Source: Candidatus Tayloriibacteriota bacterium (GTDB lineage Bacteria > Patescibacteriota > Minisyncoccia > Phycocordibacterales > PALSA-1337). Taken from it: a stretch of DNA of 62,122 bases. The notes under the pieces are model-generated. The model did not search any database. It worked only from the letters and a program-made list of their open reading frames with translations, and was not told the DNA's origin. The stretch covers positions 1 to 62,122 of the forward strand of contig CALRBR010000004.1 of assembly GCA_943354385.1 (NCBI GenBank). The letters are read 5' to 3'. This document shows positions 45,614-54,874 of the stretch, in pieces (the stretch's first letter is position 1; every line of letters begins with the position of its first letter). The position numbers and the translations under genes are program-made.

Positions 45614-46267
45614 CTATATCGTATTATACACCAAAAGGCTCATAAGCCCGAAACCGACAGCCACATACAATATATAGGTAGCAACGACAAGAAGCCATGG
45701 TGTACCGAGCAAAGCGAAAAGCATTACAAACCCGATTCCAAAACACTGGAGCACCATTTTAAGCTTACCGACTGTTTTTGCCGGTACCAAGTGCCCCTTA
45801 TATCGCAGATACGAAAATGCCACTAGTAAAAGCTCGATGGAAACAATAGCAACCGCAAGATAAACATTAATATACTTTGAAATCATCACCATCGCCACAC
45901 TACCAATAAGTAGCTTATCGGCAAAAGGGTCACACAATATCCCCCAGCTGGTAATATGCTTGGTCACCCTCGCTCTCGCCCCGTCGAGCGCATCCGAAAA
46001 AGCTGAAATAACAAATAGAATTGTACCCAAAAGCATATAATCCGCAAGTAAAAAATACAGGATAAACGGAATCGTAATAAATCTAAACAAAGTAATCCTG
46101 TTTGGTGTTATCGACTCCGGAATGAGCTTTAAAAGTGTCGCCGCCAATATACGATCGATGGGCGTAACTTTGCTAAAATACCTGACCCGAGCCTCACTCA
46201 TATTGAGAACTCGCTCAAGCAAGGTCATCTTGCGCTCTTTTTCATTTATAAGTACAGTATCTGCCAT
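45614..46267 (-). CDS. CDP-alcohol phosphatidyltransferase (PgsA-like)
   Basis: DALDGARARV...G...DPFADKLL matches D-x2-D-G-x2-A-R...G-x3-D-x3-D. Multi-TM. Confidence 0.85.
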   Translation of the reverse strand: MADTVLINEKERKMTLLERVLNMSEARVRYFSKVTPIDRILAATLLKLIPESITPNRITLFRFITIPFILYFLLADYMLLGTILFVISAFSDALDGARARVTKHITSWGILCDPFADKLLIGSVAMVMISKYINVYLAVAIVSIELLLVAFSYLRYKGHLVPAKTVGKLKMVLQCFGIGFVMLFALLGTPWLLVVATYILYVAVGFGLMSLLVYNTI

Positions 46268-46279
46268 ATATTTATTTTG

Positions 46280-47170
46280 TTATCCCCGAAGTGCTTTCAC
46301 CCTATCCTCAGTTTTAGGATGAGTTGAAAAAATAGTATTTAGAAATCCACCAGACTTACTCGACGCATACGAAGCAAATGGATCCGATATAAAAAGATGG
46401 GCTGTCGCATGACTAGCGTGAGTAAGTGGCACGCCATGACCAACTATTTTCTCCAGTGCACTCGCCAGACCCTCCGGATACCGTGTCAAAAGTGCACCCG
46501 ATGCGTCTGCTAAAAATTCTCTTTTCCTTGATATTGCGAGCTGTAGTAGTGTTGCAATAATCGGCGAGATAATCACCGCCACAATTCCCAAAATCATAAG
46601 AGGATTTCCTTTGCTATCACTGTTCCTACTCCCATGAAAGCTACTGCGTAGTGTAATATCAGCCAAAATACTCAAAAGTCCGACTAAGACTACAGCAACG
46701 GTAGACAATAGTATATCCCGATTACCAATATGAGAAAGTTCGTGGGCAATTACCCCTTCGAGCTCAGTTTTGTTGAGTAGCGAAAGTAGTCCCTCAGTCA
46801 CCGCTACCGCAGAATGCTCTGGGTCACGACCGGTGGCAAAAGCATTGGGGGCATTATCTGGAATAACATACACCCTTGGCGCAGGTAGTCCGGCAGTAAT
46901 AGAAAGATTTTCAACGATTCGAATGAGATCAAGATGGCGAGCCGGGTCAGCGGGTACCGCATGAGAAAGAGAAAGTGCGATCTTATCTGAAAACCAATAG
47001 CTCGTGATATTCATGACAATACTAAACACCACACCAAAGACTAAAATGGTCGGGTTGCCGTAGTACTGACTCAGAAACCATGCTACTGCCACTACAACCG
47101 CAAAAAATACGGTCATAAGTAGCCAAGTCTTTTGGGTATTAGCACTTTGATGTGTGTAGAGTGTTGCCAT
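46280..47170 (-). CDS. htpX: M48-family zinc protease HtpX
   Basis: HELSHIGNRD (HExxH), four TM segments, and the C-terminal ...STHPKTEDRVKAL. Confidence 0.9.
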   Translation of the reverse strand: MATLYTHQSANTQKTWLLMTVFFAVVVAVAWFLSQYYGNPTILVFGVVFSIVMNITSYWFSDKIALSLSHAVPADPARHLDLIRIVENLSITAGLPAPRVYVIPDNAPNAFATGRDPEHSAVAVTEGLLSLLNKTELEGVIAHELSHIGNRDILLSTVAVVLVGLLSILADITLRSSFHGSRNSDSKGNPLMILGIVAVIISPIIATLLQLAISRKREFLADASGALLTRYPEGLASALEKIVGHGVPLTHASHATAHLFISDPFASYASSKSGGFLNTIFSTHPKTEDRVKALRG

Positions 47171-47222
47171 AATAAATAGAATCGAGCTTCACGAAGATAC
47201 AATATCGCCAACACCCGCCCCT

Positions 47223-47364
47223 GTTTCAGATTTCAAAACTTGTTGAAGGCGTATCTTCCTGGAAGGCTTCGGAAACGGGCAGTTGAGACTTGAGAAAAAT
47301 TTCACCAGAAATTTATTCGTACTTCCAGAAAGATATGCCGAAAAAGAGTTTTGAAATTTGAAAC
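47223..47364. repeat. long imperfect palindrome (about 43-nt arms) filling the lemA-htpX spacer
   Basis: The left arm is gtttcagatttcaaaacttgttgaaggcgtatcttcctggaag. The right arm is cttccagaaagatatgccgaaaaagagttttgaaatttgaaac. A partial left-arm copy lies at 5848-5873. Confidence 0.6.
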
Positions 47365-47365
47365 C

Positions 47366-47923
47366 CTAAAACTTCACCTCCACATTCTGCTTTTCTGGCG
47401 CAGACTCATCGAGGTCAAAGAACTCCATTTTTGCAAAGTGAAATGCATTCGCAACCAAGTTGCCAGGGAATGAATCGACACCTGTATTTAGATCACGCAC
47501 ATTACCATTGTAGAACCGTCTTGCTGCTTGAATTTTGTTTTCTGTATCAGAAAGCTCGTTCTGGAGAGCAAGGAAATTTTGATTGGCCTTGAGTTCTGGG
47601 TATGCCTCAGCGATAGCAAAGACAGACTTAAGGGCCCCGGCTAGTCCTGCTTCTGCGGTAGATTTTTCAGCGAGACTTCCTGCACCCATAGCAGCAGCCC
47701 GAGCTTTTGTGACATTTTCAAAAGCACTTGTTTCGTGAGTTGCATATCCTTTTACCGTACTCACAAGATTTGGAATAAGGTCATATCGTCGTTTGAGTTG
47801 AACATCAATATCAGCCCAGGCTTCTTTAGCCTGATTTATAAGACGTACAAAACTGTTGTAGCTAACGATCGCCCACAAAACGAGCACTGCCAGTGCCAAA
47901 ATTACGATTAACAAAATAGACAT
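47366..47923 (-). CDS. lemA: LemA family protein
   Basis: 185 aa with an N-terminal TM. ...YNSFVRLINQAKEAWADIDVQLKRRYDLIPNLV...ARRFYNGNVRDLN. Confidence 0.9.
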   Translation of the reverse strand: MSILLIVILALAVLVLWAIVSYNSFVRLINQAKEAWADIDVQLKRRYDLIPNLVSTVKGYATHETSAFENVTKARAAAMGAGSLAEKSTAEAGLAGALKSVFAIAEAYPELKANQNFLALQNELSDTENKIQAARRFYNGNVRDLNTGVDSFPGNLVANAFHFAKMEFFDLDESAPEKQNVEVKF

Positions 47924-48118
47924 AGTGAAAAAATTATATTAATGACCAACGGGTACTAGTATACCACAACCGGGTTGATTTAAAAATCAAGATTCAGGAG
48001 CCATAATGGTGGCGGGAGTGCTGAGCGAAGTTATGCGAGTGTGTATGATTCCCGAATAGATCGGTAGAAGCCAAAATTAGTCGACTTTTAAGGTGCTCAA
48101 TATACCTATAAGCTCTTT

Positions 48119-48547
48119 TTACCTTGGGTCCTTCCTAATCTCAAATGTCGGGTCCGTCCATCGGTCTCCAATGTACCATCTGACAGCTATTGGCAAAAGT
48201 GTAGGCTCTTGTACAAGGAAATAGCTGTATGAAAGCCAGCCTTCAAACCGACTAGTCTGAATAAAGTAAAATCGTCGGCTTTTGATTTCTGCTTGCCGGA
48301 AAGAATCGATTGAATCAGGATGTGCACCGCTACCATCGTAGTATAACTTTACCGATAAGCACCTTACCCAAATCGGTCGTCTTTGGTGAAATGTCGATCT
48401 GCTTATGGAACGAGATCGTCTCAAGCACATCTCCTGAGCCTTTCTCGACTTTAGGAAGAGCGAGACGAATCAGCTTTGATTCTATTTTTGATATTTCAGT
48501 GAGACTTTTTGGATAGAGAAAGTATAATCCGACTTATTTATTTTCAT
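48119..48547 (-). pseudogene. decayed gene with two compensating frameshifts
   Basis: ATG at 48545-48547 gives MKINKSDYTF. The protein-like reading then continues in the adjacent frame (YPKSLTEISKIESKLIRLALPKVEKGSGDVLETISFHKQIDISPKTTDLGKVLIGKVIL). It returns to the first frame near 48340 (YYDGSGAHPDSIDSFRQAEIKSRRFYFIQTSRFEGWLSYSYFLVQEPT...). Confidence 0.35.
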
Positions 48548-48805
48548 ACTGTACCATACTGTCCGGCACAGCAAGTCAAGAAGATACGGTAAAATAAACA
48601 AGAGGAAGTACCGCGAATACTGCAAAAAAAAACGGGTAAGTGGTTTTTTATGATATTCCACAGAGAAAAGTATAGTACAAAAAGTAGTCTCAGGTGCTCA
48701 AAAACAGAAACAGTAAGAAATAGATGTTTAGCCTTAAATAACAAGGTTCAACCTCGATATTTTCGTAAAGATTAAATAGCTAAGCATATAGTATCTAAAA
48801 ATTCA

Positions 48806-48849
48806 GGTACACACCTATAATACGCGACCGCGTACTATAGGTGTGTACC
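48806..48849. repeat. 20-bp-stem hairpin with GGTACACACCT flank and GCGACCGC centre, copy 1
   Basis: ggtacacacctataatacgc-gacc-gcgtactataggtgtgtacc (one mismatch). Confidence 0.7.
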
Positions 48850-49071
48850 GTCTTACCAAAAAAGTAAACGGCTCAAAAGGCTCCTACAACATGATGACCA
48901 CGAATTACTAAATAACGCAGAAGGCGTAGCTTTTGGATAAGGTTTTGAGGCTGTCCTACCAAAAACTTCAGGATTTTTTAGCCCAGAAAAATTCGTACTT
49001 CGCCTACAAAGGAATATACTCAACCGATAGGCCTCAAAAAGATGCGCCAAGAAAGGTATTTCGTAATTTGG

Positions 49072-49126
49072 GGTACACACCTCTTCTACATTAATCTGGC
49101 GACCGCAAGATTAATGTAGAAGAGGT
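49072..49126. repeat. 19-bp-stem hairpin with the same GGTACACACCT flank and GCGACCGC loop core, copy 2
   Basis: ggtacac-acctcttctacattaatct-ggcgaccgca-agattaatgtagaagaggt. Confidence 0.7.
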
Positions 49127-49203
49127 AAGAATATAAACCCTGCATCTGCGTCGTCTACTATATTTAGCCTATAATGAGTTTTGGTAACCAGTCACATTCG
49201 CTC

Positions 49204-49296
49204 GTTTAGCCGTTTAGCATGGCTCTGTAAAGCCATATAGTCCAAAAAAGTAGTATTACGAGTTTAAGCCACTGTTTGGCGGAAGGGCTCAAGGAG
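49204..49296. repeat. R2 repeat (93 nt), copy B
   Basis: gtttagccgtttagcatggctctgtaaagccatat...cgagtttaagccactgtttggcggaagggctcaaggag. Confidence 0.7.
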
Positions 49297-49387
49297 CGAA
49301 GGCGACGCAGATAACGGGTCTAGCAAGACGCGTTATAAGCACGGGAAAAATGGAGAGGAGGATTGTGACCAAAGATCAAGAGCAACG

Positions 49388-49427
49388 AAACTCCCCCGGA
49401 TTTTCAGTAGAAAATCCGGGGGAGTTT
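49388..49427. repeat. CTACTG-family hairpin, copy 4 (loop CAGTAG, the reverse complement of CTACTG)
   Basis: aaactcccccggatttt-CAGTAG-aaaatccgggggagttt (17-bp stem). Confidence 0.7.
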
Positions 49428-49463
49428 GTTTAAACCTGATCTATAAGGTTGCTTAGCTCTATT

Positions 49464-49543
49464 GACCTTCACCGAGGGAGATACCTCGGTGTTCTCGATT
49501 TATATAGTCGCTTCGCTCCTTATAAATCGGGGATATAAATCGG
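49464..49543. repeat. R1 double-hairpin repeat ending 3 nt from the stop of the 1707-aa gene
   Basis: gaccttcaccgagggagatacctcggtg-ttctcgatttatatagtcgcttcgctccttataaatcgg-ggatataaatcgg. The junction 14-mer aaatcggcgcctac is the same as at nrdJ. Confidence 0.8.
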
Positions 49544-49546
49544 CGC

Positions 49547-52500
49547 CTACCTCAACTGCTTCAACATCGACTGCAAAATATCATACATCGCATCGAGAGC
49601 AGCGCCAGTCTGTGCTGGGACCGCAGGACTAAATGTAGAAACTCCTGGCACAGTAGCAGAAACAGTCGTATTGTCCGTAAAGGTTACTTTGAGAATACCG
49701 CCTGAGAAGTACGCTCTTTCATGCTGACCGTACACAGTGAGGTTGGTAGTCCCTGCACCATATGTACCTAGTGTCTGACCATAGGCAGTATTTACCTGTG
49801 AGCCGTTGTAGAAAATCACAAGTGGGTAGGCGCCGGTGTTTGAGGTTGACCAGTATTCCCCACCAACATTGTGATTCATATCGATTGACTTAATCGTCTT
49901 TGATTCACCTAGAGTCAGCGCAGAGTTCCAAACAAAGTCGTTGGCTTTTCCTACACTATTTACTCCAGGAGCAAAAGTATTCCACATACCCGCCTTGTTT
50001 TCATAGACTTGGGAAAGTGACGCGCTCAAAGCCGGTGCGAGTACGCTAGGAGTAGATACCGTAGGTGAAGTTGCTGTTACTGGAGCCACTACACTAAAGA
50101 ATGCCGTAGAGATTTGCCATCCTGCTGCGTTTCGACATTGAATAGCGATAGCCTTCATACCGGTCATATCTGCAGGAACAGTGATCGTTTGAGTACCCGA
50201 AGTTCGTGCCTTTTCCCCTGTCCATAGAGCGTCAAATGAGCCTCCCGAACGAGCTTCGCAATATTCAGCGCCGGCTGCTGTCCATGTGAGATTCATATTT
50301 GTGCCGGCGGTCAGCTGACTAACACTTGAGTATGGCTGACCATTGATATTGAAGGTGATGGTAGGGATGGTGGTTGGTTGAATGGTTGGAACGGGAGTAG
50401 GAACTACTGTGGAAGCCACACTGAAACTGGTTTGTGCTAAAACAGTAGATCCACTTGAAATGGTGACTGTTTTTTGGCCAGCAGAGTTATATACACAATA
50501 AAACGTTCCTGCCATTATTCCATCAGGATTGAGAGGACTCGTAGTGAGCTGACCGTCAGTTCCACATGAGTAACTGAAGCTAGTATCCCCTCTTGTTGAT
50601 GTGAATTGAGCTAAGTCTCCTGTATACACACTTGAACTCTGTTTCGAAACAACCCATGGGCCGTAAACAGAGAAGGTTGAGGGAGTTATTGGTGAGTTTG
50701 CAGTAATAGTGAAATAATTATCACTGTAATCTTGGGGGGGATTATATGCTGGTTGATCGGGTGTATAAACTATAGCCCGAATCTTGAAAGTATTAGGATT
50801 CATGTCTACTCCTCCATATCTAGAAGGAATCGTCCATAAATATCCTGTCAAATTTGGTGATAAACTAGAAGACAAAACGTCTTCAAATATACTACCGTTA
50901 GATTTATAAGATAACTGAAGTCCTATAGTTGAGTTTCTAGGAAAATTTGAAACATTCCAAGTAATGTTTACATTATCTCCAACTTTATAGTTCTGTCCAC
51001 CATTTGGACTATAGAGAGAAATAAATGGTATAGAAGGTGGCGTAACTGGTGAACCCGGTACATAATCCGAAGCGGAAATAGAGCTTGCAACAGAAGTCCC
51101 ATCAGTAAAGTCTACGATAATTGTCCCACCTTGGAATGGGATCATACCAGTATTTCCATAGAGCTTCAGAGTATGGCTTCCTGCAGGGAATTGGAAGCTA
51201 CCTTGGTCAGGAGCTGAGCTAGTCGGTGAATACATTTGGTCATAGGTAGAATTTAGCTGAATACCGCCTCTGATAGTCGTCACCACGATCGGATAGAGTA
51301 GTCTACCCTGTAGCGTAGTGGTTGCGCTGGTAGACCATGCTTCTCCATTACTTTGGTCTCTACCGTGAACGATACTAATAGCTTTAATCTTTTTAGCAGT
51401 TGTCAAGTTAAGATACATGTTCCACACCCAGTCTTTGGTACCATCAGGCTTGAAGGTATACCACTGGCCAGCCTGATCACCCATCTCACGACTGATTTCG
51501 GCGGAGAGATTTGCACCTGCGGGTGGGGTTGAGGATGCGTTAATAATAAATGCAGAACTATCAGCATAGAAGAGTTTAGATGCGGGTACACTAGTATCTA
51601 TGACAGCAACTCTGACTTGGTAGGAACCAGTTTGGATATCTGGCGGTAAAATTGGAACTCCGTTACTATCCGACGATCCACTAGTTAGTGTTTGTGTGTC
51701 CCATGTGTAAGATTCGTTGGTAATGGCCTGTGTAGGAGAGAAAAATATATTCTTAATCACTCCAACAGTGTTCGATTGATTATTGAGAAAAAGAGCAACA
51801 TAACCACTTGATGGATATGATTTTGCTCTCCACGAAATCGTGTTATTTTGCCCTTTTGTCCAAGTCACCCCGTTTGGACTTATAACTCGTACAGATGATT
51901 CTACTGAACCACCAACCTCAAACCATACGATATTACTCTTGCCAGTGACCGAGTTCTCAGTCTGTAGACTGTGTCTACCATTTGCCAGAGTAGCTGGTGC
52001 TATAAACCCTGACTCAGAACCGTCATTATTGTAGTAAGAATTGCCCAAATCAATAGCCACATTGTCTATAACAACCTTAGGCGACGGGCCGGTATTACCA
52101 AAAGCATTGAGCCGTTGACCGAGCAACTTTACTGTTTGCCCAGGAACGACAGGGTTTGTCATTGACGAGATGTACGGCGAGACTTCACCAACGATTATTT
52201 TTGGATTAGTGATTGCAATCTGGCCTCGACTTGTATTAGAAACCACAGGAATCTTGAAACCTGACTCGGCAGTTTCCCCACTCAATGCATACATCATCTG
52301 AAGCCGTGCAGCATACTCTCCTGCAAAAAGCTGTCTTGGATCGACAGTGGACACCACTCGGAAATTTGCACTAGAATTTATTGGTACTACAGCAAAAGTA
52401 GTACCATTTAAATCAAATCCGGCAAGCATAGCGGTTGGATCTGGGTTCAACACAACAACCCTACCGGTCATTGAGTTCACATTTACCTGATTTGAACCTT

Positions 52501-54670
52501 TAAAAAAGTCTGGGAGGTTAAGACCTTCTCCAACAGCAATTTTTACCCCCTTTGTTCCGCCATTTACGGTCACGTCAAATATTGCTCGTAGTGATGCCTC
52601 TTTTTGACTTGCGTCATAAATGAGTTCTAGAGTCGGTGAACCAGTGACGGTAGCAGTCGCGTCGGAGACTGGGGTCGAATTACTGACGGTGAAGGATAGA
52701 TCACTCACATCTACACTCTCCGCAAATTCTGCTCCAGGGCAAACATTTTGTGCTCCCCACATAAAACAACTTACCTGGACTTTATATTTTCCCGGTGCAA
52801 TATCTGAACGCAGCAAGACATTTACCGATCCAGAATTAATAGGAACGCAATCACTACTTGAGGTAGCGCTAAAAAGACACTGATTCACACCCGCCTCAGG
52901 GTATTTAACGATAAGGGTGTCATAAATCCCTATCTGATCTTCACGCAACAAGGATAACTTCACAAAACCACCTGACGGCATTCCTACAGGTGACCAGCGA
53001 ACATTAATAGTATCTCCCGGACGATAGACCTCTCCACCGTTTGGACTCACTAACGTAATCGACGAAGTTTGACTATCGCAATTCCCCCCATACAACGCAC
53101 CCAGCTGTGCTCGAGTTTTTGGACCAACAAATCCAGATTTGGGACTGATTCCATACTTACCTTGGAATTTAACCACCGCCTCAGCAAGAATTTCATTAAA
53201 ATCTTCTCCTTGAATATTTTCACCGGGCGCCCTTACCAAAAAGCCTTCTCTGACCATAGCTCGCACTAATGCATCTACGTCAGGTCCTGTCGCACCAATA
53301 GTTAAATTTTTACCCCACACATAACAGAAGTCGATCGGCAATGGTGGCTGTGTTGGTGTCGGCTCAACTTTTACCAAATTTCCATTTGCATCAATCTCGT
53401 ATCCCTGAGCCTTTAGTTGTTCGAGAAGCTGGGCGATAAGTGCCTGGAGCTGAGCAATAAGTGCAGATTCATCGGTAGTCGGTGGGGTTACAACTGGAGG
53501 GGTAACTGTACCATCACCAATACCATAGTTTGATTTACTTCCTATTGTAAGTGGCAAAGTCTTTACCATCAAATCATTCGTCCAATCTAAGGTATTCAAA
53601 CTATGTACAGTTCCTCCTGATATGGCTGAGGCAGATCGGTCTGTCCAGATAAACGAGGGACTAGCTGGTCCAGTTGCGCCAGCAGTAGAAGCTGACGCAG
53701 TAACCCCTGTGGTCGAAGTGTTGGCAATGCTTACCACGACAGTATCGACTCCGACACCCAAACCACCCACAGTAGCCCGAAGTTCGTAGGTGACTGATGA
53801 ACCTGCTGCGATCTGCTCTTCGTTCGTAGTAGTAAATATAAGCTGTCCGGTTGCTGGGTTACTAAATGTACCAGAAATTTCAGTATTAGCGGCTTGATTA
53901 TAGAGCTTAAGAGTATTGAGAGTAATGTTTGCTGATTTAGTATAATTAAATACGATTTTTTTCCAACCAATATCACCGGCTGGATTAGCAGAAATTTTCA
54001 CTTTTCCAATAATTTGATTACCTCCAGCCATAAGAATTTCTGAGTAATCTTGGACCGATGAAAGTGTAGGGACTGATCTTCGTACAACCAGAGTACCTTT
54101 TCCAGAGGTGACAGAGGATGACAAATCTTGACTTGCAAGAGTTGTGTCTACAACACCATTTGAATCAAAAGCCTTAAAACCTCCACTACTATCCAGACTA
54201 ACAATAATCAGTGCCCCAGAATTTGCACCACTTGCTATCGTAGATACATCTACATAAACATCTATATCTCGCTCTGTATTCTGTGGAATAAAGGCTGTGA
54301 GACCTGTGTATGTAGCAAGACCTCCTGCACTTGAAAGTATCAGAGGTTGCGACGCTGTTTTTTCGATTCCACCTGCATCTTTATACTTAAGAGTAACACT
54401 AGAAATAGAAGAGTTGTTACTCTCACCGAAAGTCTTAACTCTCAAATCTTGAATAGTGAATGAGGTGTTTTGTGCAGTAAACTTAAATGACCCTACCTTC
54501 TGCATCGCAGAACCAGCAACTACAATTTTTGAATCTGGGGTATTGCCAACATTTACTGTTGCAGTGAGAACCCCAGCTCCAGCGGTCTGCGCCGAAACCG
54601 GAGAAACCGCAAAAACTGTCGCGAATAAAAATGCAATACTAAAAATACCGAGACTGATAGCTTTTTTCAT
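49547..54670 (-). CDS. giant secreted Ser/Thr-rich surface protein (1707 aa) with a PG_binding_1-like domain
   Basis: Signal peptide MKKAISLGIFSIAFLFATVFAVSPVSAQT. Peptidoglycan-binding-like TIGATGPDVDALVRAMVREGF...AVVKFQGKYGISPKSGFVGPKTRAQL (about nt 53090-53310). Three SPNGG-type modules and two paralogous domains of about 140 aa. Confidence 0.85.
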   Translation of the reverse strand: MKKAISLGIFSIAFLFATVFAVSPVSAQTAGAGVLTATVNVGNTPDSKIVVAGSAMQKVGSFKFTAQNTSFTIQDLRVKTFGESNNSSISSVTLKYKDAGGIEKTASQPLILSSAGGLATYTGLTAFIPQNTERDIDVYVDVSTIASGANSGALIIVSLDSSGGFKAFDSNGVVDTTLASQDLSSSVTSGKGTLVVRRSVPTLSSVQDYSEILMAGGNQIIGKVKISANPAGDIGWKKIVFNYTKSANITLNTLKLYNQAANTEISGTFSNPATGQLIFTTTNEEQIAAGSSVTYELRATVGGLGVGVDTVVVSIANTSTTGVTASASTAGATGPASPSFIWTDRSASAISGGTVHSLNTLDWTNDLMVKTLPLTIGSKSNYGIGDGTVTPPVVTPPTTDESALIAQLQALIAQLLEQLKAQGYEIDANGNLVKVEPTPTQPPLPIDFCYVWGKNLTIGATGPDVDALVRAMVREGFLVRAPGENIQGEDFNEILAEAVVKFQGKYGISPKSGFVGPKTRAQLGALYGGNCDSQTSSITLVSPNGGEVYRPGDTINVRWSPVGMPSGGFVKLSLLREDQIGIYDTLIVKYPEAGVNQCLFSATSSSDCVPINSGSVNVLLRSDIAPGKYKVQVSCFMWGAQNVCPGAEFAESVDVSDLSFTVSNSTPVSDATATVTGSPTLELIYDASQKEASLRAIFDVTVNGGTKGVKIAVGEGLNLPDFFKGSNQVNVNSMTGRVVVLNPDPTAMLAGFDLNGTTFAVVPINSSANFRVVSTVDPRQLFAGEYAARLQMMYALSGETAESGFKIPVVSNTSRGQIAITNPKIIVGEVSPYISSMTNPVVPGQTVKLLGQRLNAFGNTGPSPKVVIDNVAIDLGNSYYNNDGSESGFIAPATLANGRHSLQTENSVTGKSNIVWFEVGGSVESSVRVISPNGVTWTKGQNNTISWRAKSYPSSGYVALFLNNQSNTVGVIKNIFFSPTQAITNESYTWDTQTLTSGSSDSNGVPILPPDIQTGSYQVRVAVIDTSVPASKLFYADSSAFIINASSTPPAGANLSAEISREMGDQAGQWYTFKPDGTKDWVWNMYLNLTTAKKIKAISIVHGRDQSNGEAWSTSATTTLQGRLLYPIVVTTIRGGIQLNSTYDQMYSPTSSAPDQGSFQFPAGSHTLKLYGNTGMIPFQGGTIIVDFTDGTSVASSISASDYVPGSPVTPPSIPFISLYSPNGGQNYKVGDNVNITWNVSNFPRNSTIGLQLSYKSNGSIFEDVLSSSLSPNLTGYLWTIPSRYGGVDMNPNTFKIRAIVYTPDQPAYNPPQDYSDNYFTITANSPITPSTFSVYGPWVVSKQSSSVYTGDLAQFTSTRGDTSFSYSCGTDGQLTTSPLNPDGIMAGTFYCVYNSAGQKTVTISSGSTVLAQTSFSVASTVVPTPVPTIQPTTIPTITFNINGQPYSSVSQLTAGTNMNLTWTAAGAEYCEARSGGSFDALWTGEKARTSGTQTITVPADMTGMKAIAIQCRNAAGWQISTAFFSVVAPVTATSPTVSTPSVLAPALSASLSQVYENKAGMWNTFAPGVNSVGKANDFVWNSALTLGESKTIKSIDMNHNVGGEYWSTSNTGAYPLVIFYNGSQVNTAYGQTLGTYGAGTTNLTVYGQHERAYFSGGILKVTFTDNTTVSATVPGVSTFSPAVPAQTGAALDAMYDILQSMLKQLR

Positions 54671-54874
54671 TGATAAAATAATTATATTTATAAATACCTA
54701 TTCCTAATACTCTATAGTATACACCCGGCTGATGTTTTACCAAACGATACAGCTAGTGCATTACAGCAACATCGATTAAACTCTCGCTCTATCATACCCC
54801 CCCCGAAGGATTTGGACAATGAGTGAATGGGGATAAGTTTAGCTTTTACTACAGCAACTGAAATCTTACACTCC

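Noticed and set aside
48544-49080. 66-aa and 75-aa minus-strand ORFs in the 1.6-kb gap
   Set aside because: They are short, Cys/Phe/Leu-rich and low-complexity. They overlap repeat modules and hairpins and have no motif support.
42046-49296. Diversity-generating retroelement (TR/VR pair) suggested by the R2 copies
   Set aside because: The mismatches between the copies are not adenine-specific. Neither copy lies inside a coding region, and no reverse transcriptase is present.
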